Assembly: GCA_043228905.1 (NCBI GenBank)
Contig: JBHGNT010000044.1
Location: 124,001-188,000, forward strand
From: Azolla caroliniana
Lineage: Eukaryota; Plantae; Polypodiophyta
Reading direction: 5' to 3'
DNA: 64,000 nucleotides
The translations under genes and the position numbers were made by a program. Positions within the stretch are counted from its first letter, which is position 1. Every line of letters begins with the position of its first letter. Shown piece after piece: positions 51,401 through 64,000 of this stretch. The notes beneath the pieces were generated by a model, which searched no databases, was not told the DNA's origin, and saw nothing but the letters and a program-made list of their open reading frames with translations.

Positions 51401-54400
51401 ATACCTGGGTCGTGTGATATCGGATTTTTGTGTTCAAACATGCGAATCGAAGCTAACAACGCTAGCTATGATCTGGAATTAAAAAATCAAGATTTTGAAA
51501 CTCGGGTCGAGAGACATGAAGAAATTAGCAAACTTGAGGAGTGAGTTGAGAAGACCTAGTAGGTAAATTAAAATGTTCATACCTGGCTGCTGTGATATCG
51601 GATTTTTGTGTTCAAACATGCCAATCGAAGCTAACAACGCTAGCTATTATTTGGAATTAAAAAATCAAGATTTTGAAACTCAGGTCGAGAGACATGATGA
51701 AAATAGAAAACTTGAGGAGGGAGTTGAGAGGAGCCCTTGAAGAAATTAAAATGTTCATACCTCGCTCGTGTGATATCGGATTTTTGTGTTCAAACATGTA
51801 AATCGAAGCTAACAACGCTAGCTATGATATGAAATTAAAAAATCAAGATTTTGAAACTCGGGTCGAGAGACATGAAGAAATTAGCAAACTTGAGGAGGGA
51901 GTTGAGAAGAGCTATTAGGTAAATTAAAATGTTCATACCTGGCTCGTGTGATATCGGATTTTTGTATTCAAACATGCGAATCGAAGCTCACAACGCTAGC
52001 TATGATATATAATTAAAAAATCAAGATTTTGAAACTCGGGTCGAGAGACATGAAGAAATTAGCAAACTTGAGGAGTGAGTTGACAAGACTTAGTAGGTAA
52101 ATTAAAATGTTCATACCTGGCTCGTGTGATATCGGATTTTTGTATTCAAACATGCGAATCGAAGCTACCAACGCTAGCTATGATATGGAATTAAAAAATC
52201 AAGATTTTGAAACTCGGGTCGAGAGACATGAAGAAATTAGCAAACTTGAGGAGTGAGTTGAGAAGACCTAGTAGGTAAATTAAAATGTTCATACCTGGCT
52301 CGTGTGATATCGGATTTTTCTGTTCAAATATGCGAATCGAAGCTAACAACGCTAGCTATGATATGCAATTAAAAAATCAAGATTTTGAAACTCGGGTCGA
52401 GAGACATGAAGAAATTAGCAAACTTGAGGAGTGAGTTGACAAGACTTAGTAGGTAAATTAAAATGTTCATACCTGGCTCGTGTGATATCGGATTTTTGTA
52501 TTCAAACATGCGAATCGAAGCTAACAACGCTAGCTATGATATGGAATTAAAAAATCAAGATTTTGAAACTCGGGTCGAGAGACATGAAGAAATTAGCAAA
52601 CTTGAGGAGTGAGTTGACAAGACTTAGTAGGTAAATTAAAATGTTCATACCTGGCTCGTGTGATATCGGAGTTTTGTGTTCAAACATGCGAATCGAAGCT
52701 AACAACGCTAGCTATGATATGGGATTAAAAAACCAAGATTTTGAAACTCAGGTCAAGAGACATGAAGAAATTAGCAAACTTGAGGAGGGAGTTGAGAGGA
52801 GCCCTTGAGTAAATTAAAATGTTCATACCTGGCTCGTGTGATAGCGGATTTTTGTGTTCAAACATGCGAATCGAAGCTAACAACGCTAGCTATGATATGG
52901 AATTAAAAAATCAAGATTTTGAAACTCAGGTCAAGAGACATTAAGAAATTAGCAAACTTGAGGAGGGAGTTGAGAGGAGCCCTTGAGTAAATTAAAATGT
53001 TCATACCTGGGTCGTGTGATATCGGATTTTTGTGTTCAAACATGCGAATCGAAGCTAACAACGCTAGCTATGATCTGGAATTAAAAAATCAAGATTTTGA
53101 AACTCGGGTCGAGAGACATGAAGAAATTAGCAAACTTGAGGAGTGAGTTGAGAAGACCTAGTAGGTAAATTAAAATGTTCATACCTGGCTGCTGTGATAT
53201 CGGATTTTTGTGTTCAAACATGCCAATCGAAGCTAACAACGCTAGCTATTATTTGGAATTAAAAAATCAAGATTTTGAAACTCAGGTCGAGAGACATGAT
53301 GAAAATAGAAAACTTGAGGAGGGAGTTGAGAGGAGCCCTTGAAGAAATTAAAATGTTCATACCTCGCTCGTGTGATATCGGATTTTTGTGTTCAAACATG
53401 CGAATCGAAGCTAACAACGCTAGCTATGATATGAAATTAAAAAATCAAGATTTTGAAACTCGGGTCGAGAGACATGAAGAAATTAGCAAACTTGAGGAGG
53501 GAGTTGAGAAGAGCTATTAGGTAAATTAAAATGTTCATACCTGGCTCGTGTGATATCGGATTTTTGTATTCAAACATGCGAATCGAAGCTCACAACGCTA
53601 GCTATGATATATAATTAAAAAATCAAGATTTTGAAACTCGGGTCGAGAGACATGAAGAAATTAGCAAACTTGAGGAGTGAGTTGACAAGACTTAGTAGGT
53701 AAATTAAAATGTTCATACCTGGCTCGTGTGATATCGTACTATTGTATTCAAACATGCGATTCAAAGCTAACAACGCTAGCTATAATTTGGAATTAAAAAT
53801 CAAGATTTTGAAACTCAGGTCGAGAGACATGATGAAAATAGAAAACTTGAGGAGGGAGTTGAGAGGAGCCCTTGAAGAAATTAAAATGTTCATACCTCGC
53901 TCGTGTGATATCGGATTTTTGTGTTCAAACATGCGAATCGAAGCTAACAACGCTAGCTATGATATGGAATTAAAAAATCAAGATTTTGAAACTCGGGTCG
54001 AGAGACATGAAGAAATTAGCAAACTTGAGGAGGGAGTTGAGAAGAGCTATTAGGTAAATTAAAATGTTCATACCTGGCTCGTGTGATATCGGATTTTTGT
54101 ATTCAAACATGCGAATCGAAGCTCTCAACGCTAGCTATGATATGTAATTAAAAAATCAAGATTTTGAAACTCGGGTCGAGAGACATGAAGAAATTAGCAA
54201 ACTTGAGGAGTGAGTTGACAAGACTTAGTAGGTAAATTAAAATGTTCATACCTGGGTCGTGTGATATCGGATTTTTGTGTTCAAACATGTGAATCGAAGC
54301 TAACAACGCTAGCTATGATATGAAATTAAAAAATCAAGATTTTGAAACTCGGGTCGAGAGACATGAAGAAATTAGCAAACTTGAGGAGGGAGTTGAGAAG

Positions 54401-55145
54401 AGCTATTAGGTAAATTAAAATGTTCATACCTGGCTCGTGTGATATCGGATTTTTGTATTCAAACATGCGAATCGAAGCTCACAACGCTAGCTATGATATA
54501 TAATTAAAAAATCAAGATTTTGAAACTCGGGTCGAGAGACATGAAGAAATTAGCAAACTTGAGGAGTGAGTTGACAAGACTTAGTAGGTAAATTAAAATG
54601 TTCATACCTGGCTCGTGTGATATCGGATTTTTGTATTCAAACATGCGAATCGAAGCTACCAACGCTAGCTATGATATGGAATTAAAAAATCAAGATTTTG
54701 AAACTCGGGTCGAGAGACATGAAGAAATTAGCAAACTTGAGGAGTGAGTTGAGAAGACCTAGTAGGTAAATTAAAATGTTCATACCTGGCTCGTGTGATA
54801 TCGGATTTTTCTGTTCAAATATGCGAATCGAAGCTAACAACGCTAGCTATGATATGCAATTAAAAAATCAAGATTTTGAAACTCGGGTCGAGAGACATGA
54901 AGAAATTAGCAAACTTGAGGAGTGAGTTGACAAGACTTAGTAGGTAAATTAAAATGTTCATACCTGGCTCGTGTGATATCGGATTTTTGTGTTCAAATAT
55001 GCGAATCGAAGCTAACAACGCTAGCTATGATATGGAATTAAAAAATCAAGATTTTGAAACTCGGGTCGAGAGACATGAAGAAATTAGCAAACTTGAGGAG
55101 TGAGTTGACAAGACTTAGTAGGTAAATTAAAATGTTCATACCTGG

Positions 55146-58100
55146 CTCGTGTGATATCGGAGTTTTGTGTTCAAACATGCGAATCGAAGCTAACAACGCT
55201 AGCTATGATATGGGATTACAAAACCAAGATTTTGAAACTCAGGTCAAGAGACATGAAGAAATTAGCAAACTTGAGGAGGGAGTTGAGATGAGCCCTTGAG
55301 TAAATTAAAATGTTCATACCTGGCTCGTGTGATATCGGATTTTTGTGTTCAAACATGCGAATCGAAGCTAACAACGCTAGCTATGATATGGAATTAAAAA
55401 ATCAAGATTTTGAAACTCAGGTCAAGAGACATTAAGAAATTAGCAAACTTGAGGAGGGAGTTGAGAGGAGCCCTTGAGTAAATTAAAATGTTCATACCTG
55501 GGTCGTGTGATATCGGATTTTTGTGTTCAAACATACGAATCGAAGCTAACAACGCTAGCTATGATCTGGAATTAAAAAATCAAGATTTTGAAACTCGGGT
55601 CGAGAGACATGAAGAAATTAGCAAACTTGAGGAGTGAGTTGAGAAGACCTAGTAGGTAAATTAAAATGTTCATACCTGGCTGCTGTGATATCGGATTTCT
55701 GTGTTCAAACATGCGAATCGAAGCTAACAACGCTAGCTATTATTTGGAATTAAAAAATCAAGATTTTGAAACTCAGGTCGAGAGACATGATGAAAATAGA
55801 AAACTTGAGGAGGGAGTTGAGAGGAGCCCTTGAAGAAATTAAAATGTTCATACCTCGCTCGTGTGATATCGGATTTTTGTGTTCAAACATGTGAATCGAA
55901 GCTAACAACGCTAGCTATGATATGAAATTAAAAAATCAAGATTTTGAAACTCGGGTCGAGAGACATGAAGAAATTAGCAAACTTGAGGAGGGAGTTGAGA
56001 AGAGCTATTAGGTAAATTAAAATGTTCATACCTGGCTCGTGTGATATCGGATTTTTGTATTCAAACATGCGAATCGAAGCTCACAACGCTAGCTATGATA
56101 TATAATTAAAAAATCAAGATTTTGAAACTCGGGTCGAGAGACATGAAGAAATTAGCAAACTTGAGGAGTGAGTTGACAAGACTTAGTAGGTAAATTAAAA
56201 TGTTCATACCTGGCTCGTGTGATATCGGATTTTTGTATTGAAACATGCGAATCGAAGCTAACAACGCTAGCTATGATATGGAATTAAAAAATCAAGATTT
56301 TGAAACTCGGGTCGAGAGACATGAAGAAATTAGCAAACTTGAGGAGTGAGTTGAGAAGACCTAGTAGGTAAATTAAAATGTTCATACCTGGCTCGTGTGA
56401 TATCGGACTTTTGTATTCAAACATGCGAATCGAAGCTCACAACGCTAGCTATGATATATAATTAAAAAATCAAGATTTTAAAACTCGGGTCGAGAGACAT
56501 GAAGAAATTAGCAAACTTGAGGAGTGAGTTGACAAGACTTAGTAGGTAAATTAAAATGTTCATACCTGGCTCGTGTGATATCGGATTTTTGTGTTCAAAC
56601 ATGCGAATCGAAGCTAACAACGCTAGCTATGATATGGAATTAAAAAATCAAGATTTTGAAACTCGGGTCGAGAGACATGAAGAAATTAGCAAACTTGAGG
56701 AGTGAGTTGAGAAGACCTAGTAGGTAAATTAAAATGTTCATGCCTGGCTCGTGTGATATCGGATTTTTGTGTTCAAATATGCGAATCGAAGCTAACAACG
56801 CTAGCTATGATATGGAATTAAAAAATCAAGATTTTGAAACTCGGGTCGAGAGACATGAAGAAATTAGCAAACTTGAGGAGTGAGTTGAGAAGACCTAGTA
56901 GGTAAATTAAAATGTTCATACCTGGCTCGTGTGATATCGTATTTTTGTGTTCAAACATGCGATTCAAAGCTAACAACGCTCGCTATAATTTGGAATTAAA
57001 AATAAAGATTTTGAAACTCAGGTCGAGAGACATGATGAAAATAGAAAACTTGAGGAGGGAGTTGAGAGGAGCCCTTGAGTAAATTAAAATGTTCATACCT
57101 CGCTCGTGTGATATCGGATTTTTGTGTTCAAACATGCGAATCGAAGCTAACAACGCTAGCTATGATATGGAATTAAAAAATCAAGATTTTGAAACTCGGG
57201 TCGAGAGACATGAAGAAATTAGCAAACTTGAGGAGTGAGTTGACAAGACTTAGTAGGTAAATTAAAATGTTCATACCTGGCTCGTGTGATATCGGAGTTT
57301 TGTGTTCAAACATGCGAATCGAAGCTAACAACGCTAGCTATGATATGGGATTAAAAAACCAAGATTTTGAAACTCAGGTCAAGAGACATGAAGAAATTAG
57401 CAAACTTGAGGAGGGAGTTGAGAGGAGCCCTTGAGTAAATTAAAATGTTCATACCTGGCTCGTGTGATATCGTACTATTGTATTCAAACATGCGATTCAA
57501 AGCTAACAACGCTAGCTATAATTTGGAATTAAAAATCAAGATTTTGAAACTCAGGTCGAGAGACATGATGAAAATAGAAAACTTGAGGAGGGAGTTGAGA
57601 GGAGCCCTTGAAGAAATTAAAATGTTCATACCTCGCTCGTGTGATATCGGATTTTTGTGTTCAAACATGCGAATCGAAGCTAACAACGCTAGCTATGATA
57701 TGGAATTAAAAAATCAAGATTTTGAAACTCGGGTCGAGAGACATGAAGAAATTAGCAAACTTGAGGAGGGAGTTGAGAAGAGCTATTAGGTAAATTAAAA
57801 TGTTCATACCTGGCTCGTGTGATATCGGATTTTTGTATTCAAACATGCGAATCGAAGCTCTCAACGCTAGCTATGATATGTAATTGAAAAATCAAGATTT
57901 TGAAACTCGGGTCGAGAGACATGAAGAAATTAGCAAACTTGAGGAGTGAGTTGACAAGACTTAGTAGGTAAATTCAAATGTTCATACCTGGCTCGTGTGA
58001 TATCGGAGTTTTGTGTTCAAACATGCGAATCGAAGCTAACAACGCTAGCTATGATATGGGATTAAAAAACCAAGATTTTGAAACTCAGGTCAAGAGACAT

Positions 58101-58486
58101 GAAGAAATTAGCAAACTTGAGGAGGGAGTTGAGAGGAGCCCTGGAGTAAATTAAAATGTTCATACCTGGCTCGTGTGATATCGGATTTTTGTGTTCAAAC
58201 ATGCGAATCGAAGCTAACAACGCTAGCTATGATATGGAATTAAAAAATCAAGATTTTGAAACTCGGGTCGAGAGACATGAAGAAATTAGCAAACTTGAGG
58301 AGTGAGTTGAGAAGACCTAGTAGGTAAATTAAAATGTTCATACCTGGCTCGTGTGATATCGTACTATTGTATTCAAACATGCGATTCAAAGCTAACAACG
58401 CTAGCTATAATTTGGAATTAAAAATCAAGATTTTGAAACTCAGGTCGAGAGACATGATGAAAATAGAAAACTTGAGGAGGGAGTTG
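55146..58486 (+). repeat. Copy 1 of a >=3.3-kb duplication (31-monomer offset)
   Basis: Markers recur at +5514 (31 x 178 - 4): GGGATTACA 55212/60726, CATGCCTGG 56739/62253, AATTCAAATG 57971/63485, AGCCCTGGAG 58137/63651. Confidence 0.92.
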
Positions 58487-60659
58487 AGAGGAGCCCTTGA
58501 AGAAATTAAAATGTTCATACCTCGCTCGTGTGATATCGGATTTTTGTGTTCAAACATGCGAATCGAAGCTAACAACGCTAGCTATGATATGGAATTAAAA
58601 AATCAAGATTTTGAAACTCGGGTCGAGAGACATGAAGAAATTAGCAAACTTGAGGAGGGAGTTGAGAAGAGCTATTAGGTAAATTAAAATGTTCATACCT
58701 GGCTCGTGTGATATCGGATTTTTGTATTCAAACATGCGAATCGAAGCTCTCAACGCTAGCTATGATATGTAATTAAAAAATCAAGATTTTGAAACTCGGG
58801 TCGAGAGACATGAAGAAATTAGCAAACTTGAGGAGTGAGTTGAGAAGAGTTAGTAGGTAAATTAAAATGTTCATACCTGGCTCGTGTGATATCGGAGTTT
58901 TGTGTTCAAACATGCGAATCGAAGCTAACAACGCTAGCTATGATATGGGATTAAAAAACCAAGATTTTGAAACTCAGGTCAAGAGACATGAAGAAATTAG
59001 CAAACTTGAGGAGGGAGTTGAGAGGAGCCCTTGAGTAAATTAAAATGTTCATACCTGGCTCGTGTGATATCGGATTTTTGTGTTCAAACATGCGAATCGA
59101 AGCTAACAACGCTAGCTATGATATGGAATTAAAAAATCAAGATTTTGAAACTCAGGTCAAGAGACATGAAGAAATTAGCAAACTTGAGGAGGGAGTTGAG
59201 AGGAGCCCTTGAGTAAATTAAAATGTTCATACCTGGGTCGTGTGATATCGGATTTTTGTGTTCAAACATGCGAATCGAATCTAACAAAGCTAGCTATGAT
59301 CTGGAATTAAAAAATCAAGATTTTGAAACTCGGGTCGAGAGACATGAAGAAATTAGCAAACTTGAGGAGTGAGTTGAGAAGACCTAGTAGGTAAATTAAA
59401 ATGTTCATACCTGGCTCGTGTGATATCGTACTATTGTATTCAAACATGCGATTCAAAGCTAACAACGCTAGCTATAATTTGGAATTAAAAATCAAGATTT
59501 TGAAACTCAGGTCGAGAGACATGATGAAAATAGAAAACTTGAGGAGGGAGTTGAGAGGAGCCCTTGAAGAAATTAAAATGTTCATACCTCGCTCGTGTGA
59601 TATCGGATTTTTGTGTTCAAACATGCGAATCGAAGCTAACAACGCTAGTTATGATATGGAATTAAAAAATCAAGATTTTGAAACTCGGGTCGAGAGACAT
59701 GAAGAAATTAGCAAACTTGAGGAGGGAGTTGAGAAGAGCTATTAGGTAAATTAAAATGTTCATACCTGGCTCGTGTGATATCGGATTTTTGTATTCAAAC
59801 ATGCGAATCGAAGCTCTCAACGCTAGCTATGATATGCAATTAAAAAATCAAGATTTTGAAACTCGGGTCGAGAGACATGAAGAAATTAGCAAACTTGAGG
59901 AGTGAGTTGACAAGACTTAGTAGGTAAATTAAAATGTTCATACCTGGCTGCTGTGATATCGGATTTCTGTGTTCAAACATGCGAATCGAAGCTAACAACG
60001 CTAGCTATTATTTGGAATTAAAAAATCAAGATTTTGAAACTCAGGTCAAGAGACATGAAGAAATTAGCAAACTTGAGGAGGGAGTTGAGAGGAGCCCTTG
60101 AGTAAATTAAAATGTTCATACCTGGCTCGTGTGATAGCGGATTTTTGTGTTCAAACATGCGAATCGAAGCTAACAACGCTAGCTATGATATGGAATTAAA
60201 AAATCAAGATTTTGAAACTCAGGTCAAGAGACATTAAGAAATTAGCAAACTTGAGGAGGGAGTTGAGAGGAGCCCTTGAGTAAATTAAAATGTTCATACC
60301 TGGGTCGTGTGATATCGGATTTTTGTGTTCAAACATGCGAATCGAAGCTAACAACGCTAGCTATGATCTGGAATTAAAAAATCAAGATTTTGAAACTCGG
60401 GTCGAGAGACATGAAGAAATTAGCAAACTTGAGGAGTGAGTTGAGAAGACCTAGTAGGTAAATTAAAATGTTCATACCTGGCTGCTGTGATATCGGATTT
60501 TTGTGTTCAAACATGCCAATCGAAGCTAACAACGCTAGCTATTATTTGAAATTAAAAAATCAAGATTTTGAAACTCAGGTCGAGAGACATGATGAAAATA
60601 GAAAACTTGAGGAGGGAGTTGAGAGGAGCCCTTGAAGAAATTAAAATGTTCATACCTCG

Positions 60660-63600
60660 CTCGTGTGATATCGGAGTTTTGTGTTCAAACATGCGAATCG
60701 AAGCTAACAACGCTAGCTATGATATGGGATTACAAAACCAAGATTTTGAAACTCAGGTCAAGAGACATGAAGAAATTAGCAAACTTGAGGAGGGAGTTGA
60801 GATGAGCCCTTGAGTAAATTAAAATGTTCATACCTGGCTCGTGTGATATCGGATTTTTGTGTTCAAACATGCGAATCGAAGCTAACAACGCTAGCTATGA
60901 TATGGAATTAAAAAATCAAGATTTTGAAACTCAGGTCAAGAGACATTAAGAAATTAGCAAACTTGAGGAGGGAGTTGAGAGGAGCCCTTGAGTAAATTAA
61001 AATGTTCATACCTGGGTCGTGTGATATCGGATTTTTGTGTTCAAACATACGAATCGAAGCTAACAACGCTAGCTATGATCTGGAATTAAAAAATCAAGAT
61101 TTTGAAACTCGGGTCGAGAGACATGAAGAAATTAGCAAACTTGAGGAGTGAGTTGAGAAGACCTAGTAGGTAAATTAAAATGTTCATACCTGGCTGCTGT
61201 GATATCGGATTTCTGTGTTCAAACATGCGAATCGAAGCTAACAACGCTAGCTATTATTTGGAATTAAAAAATCAAGATTTTGAAACTCAGGTCGAGAGAC
61301 ATGATGAAAATAGAAAACTTGAGGAGGGAGTTGAGAGGAGCCCTTGAAGAAATTAAAATGTTCATACCTCGCTCGTGTGATATCGGATTTTTGTGTTCAA
61401 ACATGTGAATCGAAGCTAACAACGCTAGCTATGATATGAAATTAAAAAATCAAGATTTTGAAACTCGGGTCGAGAGACATGAAGAAATTAGCAAACTTGA
61501 GGAGGGAGTTGAGAAGAGCTATTAGGTAAATTAAAATGTTCATACCTGGCTCGTGTGATATCGGATTTTTGTATTCAAACATGCGAATCGAAGCTCACAA
61601 CGCTAGCTATGATATATAATTAAAAAATCAAGATTTTGAAACTCGGGTCGAGAGACATGAAGAAATTAGCAAACTTGAGGAGTGAGTTGACAAGACTTAG
61701 TAGGTAAATTAAAATGTTCATACCTGGCTCGTGTGATATCGGATTTTTGTATTGAAACATGCGAATCGAAGCTAACAACGCTAGCTATGATATGGAATTA
61801 AAAAATCAAGATTTTGAAACTCGGGTCGAGAGACATGAAGAAATTAGCAAACTTGAGGAGTGAGTTGAGAAGACCTAGTAGGTAAATTAAAATGTTCATA
61901 CCTGGCTCGTGTGATATCGGACTTTTGTATTCAAACATGCGAATCGAAGCTCACAACGCTAGCTATGATATATAATTAAAAAATCAAGATTTTAAAACTC
62001 GGGTCGAGAGACATGAAGAAATTAGCAAACTTGAGGAGTGAGTTGACAAGACTTAGTAGGTAAATTAAAATGTTCATACCTGGCTCGTGTGATATCGGAT
62101 TTTTGTGTTCAAACATGCGAATCGAAGCTAACAACGCTAGCTATGATATGGAATTAAAAAATCAAGATTTTGAAACTCGGGTCGAGAGACATGAAGAAAT
62201 TAGCAAACTTGAGGAGTGAGTTGAGAAGACCTAGTAGGTAAATTAAAATGTTCATGCCTGGCTCGTGTGATATCGGATTTTTGTGTTCAAATATGCGAAT
62301 CGAAGCTAACAACGCTAGCTATGATATGGAATTAAAAAATCAAGATTTTGAAACTCGGGTCGAGAGACATGAAGAAATTAGCAAACTTGAGGAGTGAGTT
62401 GAGAAGACCTAGTAGGTAAATTAAAATGTTCATACCTGGCTCGTGTGATATCGTATTTTTGTGTTCAAACATGCGATTCAAAGCTAACAACGCTCGCTAT
62501 AATTTGGAATTAAAAATAAAGATTTTGAAACTCAGGTCGAGAGACATGATGAAAATAGAAAACTTGAGGAGGGAGTTGAGAGGAGCCCTTGAGTAAATTA
62601 AAATGTTCATACCTCGCTCGTGTGATATCGGATTTTTGTGTTCAAACATGCGAATCGAAGCTAACAACGCTAGCTATGATATGGAATTAAAAAATCAAGA
62701 TTTTGAAACTCGGGTCGAGAGACATGAAGAAATTAGCAAACTTGAGGAGTGAGTTGACAAGACTTAGTAGGTAAATTAAAATGTTCATACCTGGCTCGTG
62801 TGATATCGGAGTTTTGTGTTCAAACATGCGAATCGAAGCTAACAACGCTAGCTATGATATGGGATTAAAAAACCAAGATTTTGAAACTCAGGTCAAGAGA
62901 CATGAAGAAATTAGCAAACTTGAGGAGGGAGTTGAGAGGAGCCCTTGAGTAAATTAAAATGTTCATACCTGGCTCGTGTGATATCGTACTATTGTATTCA
63001 AACATGCGATTCAAAGCTAACAACGCTAGCTATAATTTGGAATTAAAAATCAAGATTTTGAAACTCAGGTCGAGAGACATGATGAAAATAGAAAACTTGA
63101 GGAGGGAGTTGAGAGGAGCCCTTGAAGAAATTAAAATGTTCATACCTCGCTCGTGTGATATCGGATTTTTGTGTTCAAACATGCGAATCGAAGCTAACAA
63201 CGCTAGCTATGATATGGAATTAAAAAATCAAGATTTTGAAACTCGGGTCGAGAGACATGAAGAAATTAGCAAACTTGAGGAGGGAGTTGAGAAGAGCTAT
63301 TAGGTAAATTAAAATGTTCATACCTGGCTCGTGTGATATCGGATTTTTGTATTCAAACATGCGAATCGAAGCTCTCAACGCTAGCTATGATATGTAATTG
63401 AAAAATCAAGATTTTGAAACTCGGGTCGAGAGACATGAAGAAATTAGCAAACTTGAGGAGTGAGTTGACAAGACTTAGTAGGTAAATTCAAATGTTCATA
63501 CCTGGCTCGTGTGATATCGGAGTTTTGTGTTCAAACATGCGAATCGAAGCTAACAACGCTAGCTATGATATGGGATTAAAAAACCAAGATTTTGAAACTC

Positions 63601-64000
63601 AGGTCAAGAGACATGAAGAAATTAGCAAACTTGAGGAGGGAGTTGAGAGGAGCCCTGGAGTAAATTAAAATGTTCATACCTGGCTCGTGTGATATCGGAT
63701 TTTTGTGTTCAAACATGCGAATCGAAGCTAACAACGCTAGCTATGATATGGAATTAAAAAATCAAGATTTTGAAACTCGGGTCGAGAGACATGAAGAAAT
63801 TAGCAAACTTGAGGAGTGAGTTGAGAAGACCTAGTAGGTAAATTAAAATGTTCATACCTGGCTCGTGTGATATCGTACTATTGTATTCAAACATGCGATT
63901 CAAAGCTAACAACGCTAGCTATAATTTGGAATTAAAAATCAAGATTTTGAAACTCAGGTCGAGAGACATGATGAAAATAGAAAACTTGAGGAGGGAGTTG
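60660..64000 (+). repeat. Copy 2 of the >=3.3-kb duplication (runs off the window end)
   Basis: Same ordered private variants as 55146-58486. Confidence 0.92.

Larger units (their letters stand above)
1..64000 (+). repeat. Tandem satellite array, 178-bp monomer, ~360 copies, single orientation (probable centromeric/pericentromeric satellite)
   Basis: The monomer GAGGGAGTTGAGAACACCTAGTAGGTAAATTAAAATGTTCATACCTGGCTCGTGTGATATCGGATTTTTGTGTTCAAACATGCGAATCGAAGCTAACAACGCTAGCTATGATATGGAATTAAAAACTCAAGATTTTGAAACTCAGGTCAAGAGACATGAAGAAATTAGCAAACTTGAG (1-178) restarts at 179 and recurs to the window end with no unique sequence. The centromeric role is inferred from monomer length and organisation only. 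Confidence 0.99.
48500..64000 (+). repeat. Right homogeneous satellite sub-domain built of shuffled multi-monomer blocks
   Basis: Dominated by CTCGGGTCGAG, GACAAGACTTAG, GAGCTATTAGG and CTTGAAGAAATT variants. The TCGTACTATTG block recurs at ~50506, 53709, 57445, 58334, 59401, 62959 and 63848. Confidence 0.82.

Noticed and set aside
50506-63303. Recurrent 114-aa + strand ORF (MFIPGSCDIV...) in six copies
   Set aside because: It is a read-through of two satellite monomers, opened by a 1-bp deletion and a GAGTAA>GAAGAA stop loss. It is internally repetitive, has no recognisable domain, and its copy number simply tracks block duplications.
1-64000. CRISPR-like array (conserved segment alternating with a variable segment)
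   Set aside because: The variable segments are alleles of one sequence rather than unique spacers. The period is 178 bp and there are no cas genes or leader.

Overview
The whole 64-kb window is one uninterrupted, head-to-tail array of a 178-bp AT-rich satellite (about 360 monomers, all in one orientation; monomer 1 is 66/178 = 37% GC by hand count). It looks like a eukaryotic centromeric or pericentromeric satellite, but I cannot assign species or family. It shares only its length with Arabidopsis CEN178. I found no credible genes, RNA genes, transposons or CRISPR arrays, and every ORF in the track is a read-through of the repeat. The interest lies in the architecture. (1) The monomer appears to be an ancient diverged dimer of ~89-bp halves. 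(2) A dimorphic ~16-bp box switches an ACCTA-G-TAGGT palindrome on or off. (3) The array is layered: a homogeneous left domain, a HOR-rich zone at 12-26 kb, a diverged deletion-scarred middle and a homogeneous right domain. (4) It holds local higher-order repeats (HORs; 3-, 4-, 7-, 9-, 11-mers) and multi-kb duplications offset by near-exact multiples of 178 bp. (5) All larger deletions have microhomology junctions. (6) A complex templated insertion at ~47.9 kb sits next to a monomer otherwise seen only more than 25 kb away. Offsets were read by eye from diagnostic variants, so boundaries are approximate.
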